From Ginglymostoma cirratum (lineage: Eukaryota): 64,000 bases of DNA. The DNA lies in contig JAHRHZ010000009.1 of assembly GCA_024137785.1 (NCBI GenBank), forward strand, positions 12,885,421 to 12,949,420, in the 5' to 3' direction. This document shows positions 11,890 through 23,300 of this stretch, one piece after another. Position 1 is the stretch's first letter; every line of letters starts with the position of its first letter. Both the position numbers and the translations under genes were made by a program. The notes below the pieces were generated by a model. The model was given only the letters and a program-made list of their open reading frames with translations. It searched no databases and was not told the origin of the DNA.

Positions 11890-13232
11890 CACAGTTTTAA
11901 TTTTCTAAAGTTGCCTAGATTCTAGAAAATAGTCTATTTAAGAAAGGAATCACAGAACAGCAAACTACAAGCCCGTTAGAATAACATTTGCCATAGAGAA
12001 AATGTTGAAATTATTTAGTGTTAATTCAGTTATAGTTGGGTGCTTAGAAAATCTTATTGAATTCAGGCAGAGTCAATATGGTTTTCTAAAAATGAAATGT
12101 TTTAACTAATTCCTTAAAGTTATTTGTGGAAGTATCAAGCAACACGGATAAAGGGAATCTGTGGCTGTTCAGTACTTCAAGGTGCAAGGCAAGGTGCAAC
12201 ACAGCCCATGTATAGAGGTTAACACATTAGCATGGATAGAGGTTTGGTTGTCAAACAGGGAATAGCGCAGGGATAAATAGGTTGTTTTCTGGCAGGGTGG
12301 ATGTAACATATAGACTGCCACATGATTCAAAGCTGAAGCCTCAACTTTGCCGATTATGCAACTATAGGAAGGAAAGTAGGTTTTGAGGAAGACATTAATT
12401 TTTTGTGAAGGAATAGAGATAGGGGAAGCGAGTGGGCAAAACAAATTGACAAATATGTGTAATATGAACTTGTCCACTTTGGCAAGATGAATAAAAATAA
12501 GTTTAAAGAGAGAGAAATAGTAGAATTCTGAGGTATAAATGGATTTGTGTGTCCTGGTATATGATTGACAAAATGTTAGTATGGAGGTACATTTAAGCAA
12601 TTAGAAGGCAAATTGGATGTTGTCACTTATTGCAAGAAAATGTAATAAAGAAGTAAGTAAGTTTTGCTGCAGTTATACGGGGAGTTAGTTGGTGAGACGG
12701 AATTTAGATTATTCTATACTGCCTCGTTTTCCTTGTTCGAGAAAAGACGAAATTTCATCAGAAGTAGATCAGAGATGTATCAGTACACTGAGTCCGAGGA
12801 CAACAACTTATGAGGAAAGGTTGGAGCTTTAGAATTATGTCCATAGGAATTTGGAAAATTGTTACTGAAACATTTAACATTCGGAGGAGAGTTGACGGGA
12901 TGGATACTGAAATGATGTTTCCACTTGTAGGAAAAGCTGGAACTAGAGGACGCAATTTAAAAAATAAAGATCTCAGATTTAAGGTGGAGGCAAGGAGACT
13001 CTTCTTCTCAAAGGGAGGGGCCCTGAGTTTATGGAACTCTCTCCCCCAGACAGCAGTGGGGGGATATGTATAAACCATAAGTAGTTTGATTTCTGACTAA
13101 TAAGGAAGTCAAAGGGTATACGGTATAAGTGGGGAAGTTCAGTTAAACCCACAAACAAATCAGACACACTTCTATCACATGGGGAAGCAGGCTCGGGAGT
13201 AGAATGGCCTAGATCTATTCCTAATTCACATG
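11890..13232 (+). mobile_element. Decayed CR1 LINE ORF2 3' half
   Basis: ORF 12810-13073 (FPLVGKAGTRGRNLK..RRLFFS..LWNSLPQ) is a typical CR1 ORF2 C-terminus; 3' tail GAATGGCCTA..CTATTCCTAATT. Confidence 0.8.
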
Positions 13233-16096
13233 TAGGATAGTACCCTGAAAATGCCTAAATTGAAGGCCACTGACTAGACAATGCACACAGTATAGGCCAC
13301 AGTCGGGACACTGCCATAACAAAGGACACGGTTCATGGTGCAGGAATCGCTCTGGGCACTGCCCACATTACAGCACCCTGCCGGGCTTCTGCTAATCTCT
13401 GGACACGCCCTCTTCAAGAGCATTTCCTCTTCCCGGAGATAACTCGAGATATCCCTTTTGCGCCAATGATGTTTTTCGACAGGGGTACCTGCAGCATAAA
13501 CTCTGGATTCGTTTCTCACTTTCGCGGGGCCAGGAGCCCTGCGTGGAGTACAGAAAGCAGAGAAGCTAACTGGTGTAAAATTACCCTCAAATCATAAATC
13601 AGCAATGGTACTCGATTTCCCGGTTAAAACATAGACTTAAATATTAACATGAGCCACGAGGAATAGAGACTAGTTTTACAGGACGCTGCATCTCACGTGG
13701 CTTCGCAGGGCGAACATAAAGAAAATCCAGAAAATCTACAATAATTTTTTGCCCCTCAGAATGAAGCGGGTAATGGTTGGATATGTTAGCACAAAGTTAT
13801 GACCGTTCCATTTTGATAATCTGTAGTCTGTGCTAATATGGAGGTGATAAAAGGGCTGACTCGGCGCCACTTATGCAGTTTGCGAAGTGAGGCCAGTTTG
13901 AAAGTGGAGGCTAAAAACAAGCTCCCTTTCTGCTCCACTAGCGCATAACCGGCCATTGGCATAGGAGTCAAATCATGCTTATTCACAATTACCACGGATC
14001 CACACACAACTCGACAGGCGTTTCTGGGGACCATTCGTATATTTGTTTAATCTGTCATTAAATTTTGAAGATGTGAATTTAGTAAACGAGTTGTGCCGGA
14101 GTAAGAAGACCGTGACCCAGTCTGTCAGTCAGCAACGGAAGCTGGTCACTTTGGAAGTACTAAAAGGCCCAAATCTTCTATTAAGTGATTCCATTGTTCA
14201 ACATCTTAGGTATAAATGAAACAGTTTCTTCCTTCACCCAAACCGCAATTTCTTTTTAACCTTTTGATAAGTATTATATAATGTATTTTAGCAAAAAGCT
14301 GGCAGGTCAAGTTTCTCACTGACCCTCATGTTTAGGTGGCTGATTTTACTTTTTAACACTAGCAATCATTAAATCTGTTGGACAATTTAGTTGTAAGTGA
14401 ACATAGTCGATGTACTTCTTGTTGATCCTATCTGCTCTGACTAGTTACAGGCCTCATTAACCCAAACAACTGCCCACACCTCTCTGCTCACGCAGGACCC
14501 ACTATGCAAATAATCAAAAGACTGTTTTCGGACACCTGCTGAATGAAAGTGACCGCCAAGTGGGAAATAATTGAATGTCATAACAGTTCATAAATGACTC
14601 GTGTAAATGTATTAATAACACTTTTTAACCGGGAAACCAACGGGTTAAATTTACATATGATTAGGAATATGAACATTTTGTCAACGGATCCATCATCTCC
14701 CTACGGAATGGGACCGGTATAAGTGGAATGTTGGAATTCGTCTCAATGTCTCTGGGTACTTCCAGCATCATAGGGGACGGTGGCTTGTATTCAGCTGCCT
14801 TCTTTGGAAAAGCGCAAGCAGCTCTGGGTGGAATTGTCCGGAACCGCCTTGCAGCGGCCAAAGGAAGCAGATTTGGATCGTGGGCCCTAATGAATGCGTT
14901 GATTTTCTTCAGTGTAAAGAGTTTCTGAGTTTAAAAATGCAATGTTTGGAAATGGAGGCGGAGAAGCGTGACCTCTGGTCCTGTTCTCTAAACAATTCCC
15001 TAGCTCCATCAAAATCCTTTATTTTAACTCACAAAATAAAACTCTCTTACACCCGAATTTTAACTGTCTGCCAACACCGTTCATTGCGTGGCCATGAAGA
15101 AGACCTCCGCCCATAGGATGACAGGTTACCACCACTCTAAATAATCTCCTTCTTCCCGACTCCACGCTTTCAATCTCAGGGCAACAGACTGTATTCTGAA
15201 CAGTCATCTGAAACTCGCTTCACTCTCTACTCACTTCTCTTGGGGATTTAGGACGGAAAATTGTTTACTCTCACGATGTTGCCTGGCCGTCAACACACAA
15301 AGAATTAAGAGTTTACATAACTAAGTCGTCTTTAAAGAGTAATCATAGCTTGCGGTTTCCACCTACGACGCACCCCATTGATATTAAAACCCAGCAGAAA
15401 AGTGGGCCGTGAATAAATTATTTGACAGTCATACTTGACAAAGCAATGCCTGAACAAAAAGCAATAATCGAATTTTTACCGGAACGGTTTCTCTGACCAT
15501 ACCACGCTCTGCAACCACACCAAATAACAAATGACATCCTTCACTAAACCCGCTGGAGTACATCTCAGGGAAAATTGTTTAATGTATCTTATCTACAGGG
15601 CCAACGTTCACGGCATTTGAAAATATTCATTAAATAGTTTCTATATAAGAAAACACTGAAAATGTAAAAAATAAACTTTTTACTTTTCCCGTGTTTCATA
15701 ATTCAAACTAAGTCACCATGCGAGGAAAGAAGAAGAAGAATTGCTCGACCAGAACTAATAATTTAGAATATGGACCATGCATCTGGGATACCTACATCAG
15801 TGATAACCTACAATAACATACAGAATCACAGACATGGAAGCGGGGGAGCACCTTGGCTCAAAAATCAATCTTTAATACGAATCCTATATTTAGCTAACTC
15901 CTTCAATGGAGTAAATTCAATGTGTGAAGGTAAATGTAATTTGAAATCGAAAGGCTTCCTTTCCCAGACACGCACAATACAAGGACTGAATAACAGCTCC
16001 AGGCAGCCCGAATGTATGAGAGACTCTAGTGTCCTTTGAGGCTTGGCCTGTTTCTATTTGAAGAATACGTTCTTAACAATAAGCCTCCAAACACGC

Positions 16097-16102
16097 TTTA
16101 TT
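16097..16102 (-). terminator. Candidate distal polyadenylation signal for SOX1 (3' UTR about 2.2 kb)
   Basis: The minus strand reads TGTGTAAATAAAGCGTGTTTGG: AATAAA preceded by UGUA and followed by GU-rich sequence. Confidence 0.45.
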
Positions 16103-16383
16103 TACACAGTCGTTTCACGATTATCAGTCATTCGAAAAACCCGAAGTTTAAAGATCTGAATGGTGAACGACCGGACACATTTGGTGCAGATTCGCGAGCG
16201 TTAGCTACAAGTGTCGCTGTGTTTGTTGTAAAATTGCTAATTAATCGAAAAGTGACACAGTCAACTGCATGCGAGATGCTCAGGCCTTCGTCACTGAAAG
16301 AGAGATGAGTGGTAGAGAGGCGAAACCGAGCAACAACCGGCCAGAACTTGGAGTTAACACAATCCTTCTTATACCAAACTCGC

Positions 16384-16457
16384 AACGTTAACACTGTTTG
16401 TCACCCCACAGATGCTGCCAGACCTGCTGAGTTTCTGTAGCACTTTCCGAATTTATT
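16384..16457 (+). mobile_element. 5'-truncated short Penelope-like element, family C
   Basis: AACGTTAAC..CACAGATGCTGCCAGACCTGCTGAGTTTCT, a near-exact match to 60126-60150. Confidence 0.75.
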
Positions 16458-17719
16458 AGGATCATTCAATTATCGGGTATTATATGGTTTATAAAAGATC
16501 TCTAAGGTATTTGAGGCTTGGTTGTAATCTTTATTCGATCTACGGTGCGACTGAACTCAACAATCAATTAACTTGCTCTGCGCAGCGTTCGTTACACTAA
16601 TACGAATTTAAGAGTTGAAGACATTTATGTCAGACTTCGTATATTTTAAATGTTAAAGAACATTCAAATATAACCGACTATTTCCTGGTTCTGTTATTGG
16701 AAGTTTAATAAATTGTTCGTGTTGTTAGTTTTTTTTTGGAAACGTGGTTTGAACAATATTTTGATTGCTGACAAGATCCGTGAAATACGAAAGTATTTTC
16801 AAACCACGTGCATTTTGGCTCCGTTGTGATTAGTCAATAGTCAGAAAAGTGATTTCTAAAACTTCCCTCATGGGATTCTTTTTTCTCTCTCCCTCTCTCT
16901 CTGCATCAAGTTCCAGTTGGTGAATTCTGAAAAAGGACAAAACAGGTCGACACGAGTAGAAAACCTCCCCTGTGTCTTCCCTTTTTGGAGAAAATCTGAT
17001 CAACTTGTCCGCATCGCACTCTTTTTTTGTTACCGATATATTACTGTTGCCGAGGAACGTCCCCAGTGAAACATCTGTATATTTCTAACCCACACCCCTT
17101 CGTGAGCCCACTGCAGGTCAAAAACATCCCATCGTAAGTCTCGGTGGTTAACTGAAAAGGGAAAGACATTTCCGCGTTCAGAAAGTCAGAATAATTCTGA
17201 TCTACCTTGTATTCGAGGGAAAGGACGTGTTTGATTCCGAAACTGACTGAGCTCTGAATGGGCTATATTTAAATAACCATTTAAAGTTAAATAAAAGCAT
17301 TACCAAACAAATGGTTCCTGTTAGTAACAAAATATGTGGGAGTGAAATATATGGGGGAAACGAGGCTGCCGTGTATTTAATACAGTCAAAAAGTTTAAAT
17401 TTCATAGTTGTTAAGTATTGAACTCCCCAAGCATAACGGTTCGTAATTATACAAACCCTATAGTGATTCAAACTACGAGTCCTGTCATTTCAATTCTAAT
17501 CATTCACGGGATTAGGACGCTCTGTGCAAACTTTCTCAGCCCAGAGGAGCAGGTTTTGTTGGTTATTGTCCGGGGAATTAAATCCACATTAAATACACCA
17601 CGACGGCTTCCAAATGCTACTTTTCATGAGTAAAGAATATTGCCCCGAAGCAAGTTCATGAATGAAATAAACGGGGGAAAGTATAAATGCAAATTATGTA
17701 CAACGTTTTTTTGTAAAAA

Positions 17720-17725
17720 TTTATT
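17720..17725 (-). terminator. Candidate proximal polyadenylation signal for SOX1
   Basis: Plus-strand TTTATT reads AATAAA on the minus strand, about 615 nt after the stop codon, followed by U-rich sequence. Confidence 0.35.
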
Positions 17726-18339
17726 ATTTTAACGGACTTGTTTTGAGCCACGCAAACAGTCGGTCTGTTCAGAAAAGTATTAGTAAACTATTTACATTGG
17801 CTGCCGGTTAATCCGCGGTTCAATTTTAGAATAAAAATGATCTAATTCTCTCTATGACTGACAGGAAATCTCACAAGCAAAAAAAAATGGGGAAAGTGTT
17901 TCAAATACAGAAACTCACATGAGGCACACACCTGCAACTAAAGGCAGTTCAACCGCCTTAGAAATTAAGTTGGAAATCCTGTCTCTTGCCTTTTCAAAAT
18001 CACAAAGACTTCCCTTGGTGTGTGAGAGGGGAAGGGAGCGGAATTTCTGATTATTCCGTGGGGAGTAATAGTGGAGTGTGTGTAAACAGCGCGAGAGCGC
18101 AATCTGGGTAAATTCCAGCAGGTGACATTTAATATAGCCATTCATCTCAACTGTCTGATAAATACTGTACAAAAAGAAAAGAAACCCTCGGCTAATAAAA
18201 CATTTACATTCTTTTTTTTAAAACGTTATGTGCACTAGCTTCAGAACCAGTAACTTCCGAGAGTTTCCACAACGAACGACTTTACCTCTTTTTTTTACAA
18301 GTACATCAAAAAAAAAGCAAATTGCCGAGGGCTGGAAGT

Positions 18340-18859
18340 TCACATGTGAGTTAATGGGATGGTCCCGTTAACAGCCGTGCTGGGGCTCTGGTAGTGCTGA
18401 GCAAGGGGAAGCAGTCTGTTCTGGGATGGGTCCCCGGCTTCTCCTCCTGTCGGCAAGTACATGCTGATCATCTCTCTCAGGTCCCCGGAACAAGGGGGTC
18501 GGGAATGCGAGCTGACCGGAGGGCTGGGGGACGGTTCCGACTTGACCATCGACCCCAGGGAGAGGTTGGTGGCTCCCTGGTGGCTGTAACCGGACGGGAT
18601 GGGGCTGTAGGAGGGGGAGGCGCTCATGTAGCCCTGTGTGCCGGGGATGGGGCTGTACTGGAGGGACATGTCATAGCGGTGTAATTGCTGCGGGTGGTGG
18701 TGGTGATGGTGATGGTGGTGGTGACCCGCTGTCCCACCGGCGACGTTACCACTGGCGGCACTCCCCCCTCCTCCTCCGCCTCCTGCTCCTCCCGCAGCCG
18801 CTGTTCCTGCCGCCGCCAGCGCCGGGTGCTGGCTGTAAGCCAGTGGGTCCTGCATCATG

Positions 18860-18890
<31 letters not shown>

Positions 18891-19392
18891 AGCCCGGGTA
18901 AGCGCCGTTCGCCCAGCCGTTCATGTGAGCGTAGGCGCCGGCTCCGTCCAGCCGCTGGTTCAAACCTGGAGGCGTGCTCATTGCCCCGGGGCCAGGGGAG
19001 AGCAAGCCGGCGGGCAGCGAGTACTTGTCCTTTTTGAGCAGGGTCTTGGTCTTGCGGCGGGGCCGGTATTTATAATCCGGGTGCTCCTTCATGTGCAGCG
19101 CCCGCAGCCTTTTGGCCTCGTCGATGAACGGGCGCTTCTCGGCCTCGGACATGAGTTTCCACTCAGCCCCCAGGCGCTTGCTGATCTCCGAGTTGTGCAT
19201 CTTCGGGTTCTCCTGAGCCATCTTCCGGCGCTGACCCCGGGACCACACCATGAACGCGTTCATCGGCCGCTTGACCCGCTCGCCGCTCAGTTTGCCGTTA
19301 GTGCCGCCTGTGGGCACCGGGGTTCCGGTACTCGGGGCACTGACTGGGTGTCCCGGGGACTGCAGCTCGCCCTCCATCATCAAGCTATACAT
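18340..19392 (-). CDS. SOX1: SOX1, SoxB1 HMG-box transcription factor, intronless, 350 aa
   Basis: The ORF starts MYSLMME and contains the HMG box [76 protein letters not shown] and the group-B motif KKDKYSL. SOX1-type segments include [11 protein letters not shown]-polyA-MMQ, a His-rich tract, [27 protein letters not shown] and C-terminal NGTIPLTHM. Confidence 0.96.
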
Positions 19393-19700
19393 TCAAGCGG
19401 TACCCGGTTCCCGGGGAGGGGGGGGGGTGTACAGCAGCCTGGCCAGGAAGGAGGTGTTGGGGTGGGTGGGGTGGTGGTGGTGGGGTGGGGGAGGAGTGGG
19501 CGGGGAGGAAGCAGCCGGTGCTGGGGCAACTCCCCGTTCCTTTAGCCCACTCCAATTCCACACCCCCACCCCCTCCCCACCCGCGCCAGCCGTTAGACTC
19601 GGAGAGCGGGCTTCACCGACCAGAGACTGGGCACGGGCACCCGAAGCGCTGCCGTTTACACAGGAGACTGCAGAGTCATTCGGTTTGAAACCAGTTGGAA

Positions 19701-20146
19701 CTCGGTGCAGAGTTGATCGGTTTAGACTCGGTGCAAAGTTGCTCGGTGTAAATTCGGTGCAAAGTTGCACAAGTTTAGAGTCGGTGCAGAGTTGCACAGG
19801 TTTATATTCGATGCGGAGTTGCTCAGGTTTAGAATCGGTGAGGAGTTGCTCAGGTTTAGAATCGGTGCAGACTTGCTCAGGTTTAGATTCGATGCAGACT
19901 TGCTCAGGTTTAGAATCGGTGCAGACTTGCTTAGGTTTAGATTCGATGCAGACTTGCTCAGGTTTAGAATCGGTGCAGACTTGCTCGGGTGTAGATTCGA
20001 TGCAGACTTGCTCAGGTTTAGAATCGGTGCAGACTTTTGCTTAGGTTTAGATTCGATGCAGACTTGCTCAGGTTTAGAATCGGTGCAGACTTGCTCGGGT
20101 GTAGATTCGGTGCAGAGTCGCTCGGTGCAGATTCGCTCAGGTTTGA
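19701..20146. repeat. 27-bp minisatellite (about 16 units) with a 54-bp higher-order alternation, between the promoter cluster and the SOX1 ATG
   Basis: Units GCAGACTTGCTCAGGTTTAGAATCGGT and GCAGACTTGCTCAGGTTTAGATTCGAT alternate in the core. The edges are degenerate and there is a 2-bp insertion near 20035-38. Confidence 0.95.
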
Positions 20147-20239
20147 AGCCGGTTGTGCCCAGAGTTATTTGTCTCTGGCTTCCATGTGGGGTGAAGCTGG
20201 GGAAGAGAAAAGGGCCCGGGGGATGGAGATTGACAGCCG

Positions 20240-20380
20240 TTAAATGAGTTTACAGGAGCCAATAGGCTGGAGCTCTGGGTGAGGTTCTCTTGAACGGCAG
20301 TGACGTCGGCGGGGTGAGCGCGGCATTAATTAGGCAAATAAGGGGGCGGGGCCAATACCAAGGCCTTTTGGATTGGGGGT
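20240..20380 (-). promoter_or_regulatory. Probable SOX1 proximal promoter
   Basis: Tight motif cluster about 0.9 kb upstream of the ATG: AGCCAATAG (CCAAT 20259-63), TGACGTC CRE-like (20301-07), ATTAATTA (20325-32), GGGGCGGGG GC box (20343-51), CCAAT (20352-56) and ATTGG (20372-76). The TSS itself cannot be seen. Confidence 0.65.
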
Positions 20381-23300
20381 TGTGGGGAGGGGTTGCAGTG
20401 TGGATGGAGGGAAGGTGGATCTCTCCCCCCTCCCCCCTTTGCCTGAGAGCCTTTCAGCACCCTGCACGGGTGAGCTTTCAGCCCTTGTGGAAACGGCCAC
20501 TGTGCAGCTCCCAGTTGGTCCTGCCTACAGCAGCAGATGTCCAGTTTTTACTCGTTTGGTCCCTCGCCAAAGCTTGACCCGCGCTTTTGAAAGGCACTCG
20601 GTTGACAATGACGTTGAATTTCAGAACCACAGGCCATAACTCTCTCCTGAACAGGGAATCCGAGACAGAGTTGCCTCCCAAGTTAGTGGACCCTCTGCCC
20701 AATGCACCGTGTTGTTCGCAGCAAGGCCAGTATTAAGTCTGCATGCTGGCACTTTGCTGGAGTCGGTGACGAGCCCCAAGAGACACTCCCACACCACCAC
20801 CCCCCCACGCCCCCCAACCCCTCGCGATGTGTTCGCTCGCCTCCAACAGGTGTCGTTGCCTGGCGGCTGTTTGACTGACAGCTGAGGGTCGGCATCTCCC
20901 GGGCCCGGGACTCTGGGAGCTGCCTGTCAATCATTGGGGGTTTTGGGGAGCGGGGGTGAGGTTTGCAGCCCGGACGGCCACAAACCCGTCCATCTACTTG
21001 GCGGTTCTGAACCAGCCCCGGAGAACCGAGTAAATAATGTACAATCCACAGCAAGTAGCTCGATTCGGCAACACAGAATCCCCGATTTAAATCGGTTTTC
21101 CCGTATCAATGGACCCAAATTATACATGCGAAGGATTAACAAAATTATTAGGTATAGCGTTACATCTCGCCGTCTACAAACCCCGTATAAATCTTGAAAA
21201 AGCTAAATAATACAATAACTGATTACTAGAACTGCGCGTTCTTGATTCTGCATTTATTAAATCAATTTCACAGCTAGAGTTCGTTATAAACTAATAGGAG
21301 AGAATTTAGTACAGACCTTGCGGGGATTAAAATTATGGATGGAAAATGAAGCATATTTCCTGTAAAATGGCCTTAATATTATATTTGATCTGTAATAAGT
21401 CATGTTGATATTAGTAAAAGGTAAATTATTAAAACTGGTTTTGCTCATGACAAGTAATGGTTTTCCAGTGACTGCTTTGTGCTATTGTTAGATCAGAACC
21501 CGGTGATCACGAAGCCAAGAGCAGGACTTTATTTTGCCAGCGTGTGGATAGAGGTCAGGAAGGGCGATAACCATGTGGCGAGGGTTCAGTGTGTTGGCTA
21601 TCTGTTTGAACTTGTTCAGGCCGTTATTCAAAATGTATGAGGGCCTGGAATCGAGGGGGAAAGGGGTTTATATTTTTCTCCCGACTAACCAAAACTGAAC
21701 ACAGTCGGGTAAACGTAGGACTGACTAACAGCAAGGGAAATGATTCAAGCAACTCCATGGTCAACAGTTTATAAATCAGTTATTCTGGGTGGTAGAGGGA
21801 AAGGGCGGGAACAGGAACTCCCACTGTGCCGTTTTATGTCAGTAATTGGGCCCTTTAGAGTCCAGTAAATGGTCTTTAAACAAATTAAGCCGCTTGCAGA
21901 AGTTTTTCAACTTTGAGCGTCTGTGAAGAATTACCATTGAAACGGACTTTGTTTGTGCCACCATACGACCCAGCGCCATCCGAAACGGGTTAAATGAACT
22001 GCCAAGACTTAAGCGAAATCCAATTAGTTAGCAGAATCATATCTAGGCGTTAGCAATTTGCTTGCGCTGGGAGGCTGGTTATTAAAGAGAAGATAAATAA
22101 TTCGATAAGGGAGATTCGAATGGAAGTGGCTTTTGTGAAATTCTACGCTGGAAAGCAGATGTCCATCGCCGTCTGCTGGCGACAGGCACCGGCTGGAGCT
22201 TCCTGGGAGAAAGCTCGAATAAACGGAGATCAGTTCTGATGAGCTTCCTTTATATTTCGCTCAGTTTAACCCCGCACAGCGTCACCACTCTCTCTATGTA
22301 CTATTGCCATTCCCGGCGACGAAGTACAGTTCGTACATTTTAACAGAAACGAATTCGTACAGCACAATATTCTTCCCCCGAAACACTGTTATAAGTGACA
22401 TCAGAAACAGAGCCCACAATGGACAGCGTCATTATGTAAAGACACTTCAGTTAGGGGGATGGGGTGTATTAAAGTGAATTGTGACATTTCTTTTGAACAT
22501 AGGCTTCACATAGAGAAACAAATAATTTCATATTGTTTGAGTAATTGTTTCTTGTATGCTACATCAATAATCTGTGAAACATCTACAACTTTTTCTTGCT
22601 TTCAAATAAAGGTTATACAAATTTTATTGAAAAGCTCTGGGAATAGGAAATGTAGGCATTCTGAACACTAAATCAATTAATTCGGATTCCGAGTCAAAGC
22701 CAGCCTTAGAAAGAAGAGATGGCGCCGTAAGCAAATACTCACGCATATCATTCAAATTTCACAGATGACCTACCCTGAAAACCTCAATCAGCTTCTAATT
22801 GAGGGGAAACAAAATATTGCTTCCTACACTAGGACTAACGATTTAATCATTATATGATACATTATAGCTTTTAATTAGGCTAATGCTGATACTGTATGGG
22901 CAAAGATAATTCAATACAGTTCTTGATGAATTCTGTAATTGGGTTAACAACCGAGCAGTGGGAACACGTCAATATTCAAGCTGCGTAACCACTAGATTCA
23001 ATAAAAGGAAAAGGTTAGTTACAAAGCACAAAAGGAAGGGGGAAACTAGACACACAAACCGTACACGGGTATATGCAGTGATATACACAGCTTGGTGAAC
23101 ACACATATTTGGCAAAGTATTCGACCCAGACGCCAGCATTTTTAAAATCAATATGTGGATATTTTAACTTAGTTTTCAGCCTGTACCGAATTTGGCTCGG
23201 CATCTCAAATGCAGAAACCTAGTAACTTAACCTCCTCTGGTAATTTTCCAAAAATACAGACCATCACTGGACCGAGTGCCAATGTTAAATTAAAGGTAAA

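Noticed and set aside
18394-20247. Long plus-strand ORFs (18685-19545, 19250-20044, 19765-20247) as antisense genes
   Set aside because: They are shadows of GC-rich SOX1 codons and of the 27-bp repeat (length divisible by 3), with no recognisable domain.
20453-20470. RE1/NRSE site TTCAGCACCCTGCACGG near the promoter
   Set aside because: The left half is perfect but the right half has two mismatches in GGACAG; too weak without ChIP data.
22165-22183. CTCF-like site (CCAGCAGACGGCGA on the minus strand)
   Set aside because: It has a mismatch in the core and cannot be scored by eye.
22230-22250. CAGTTCTGATGAG as another hammerhead
   Set aside because: Only the first half of the core is present; no stem II, GAAA or element body follows.
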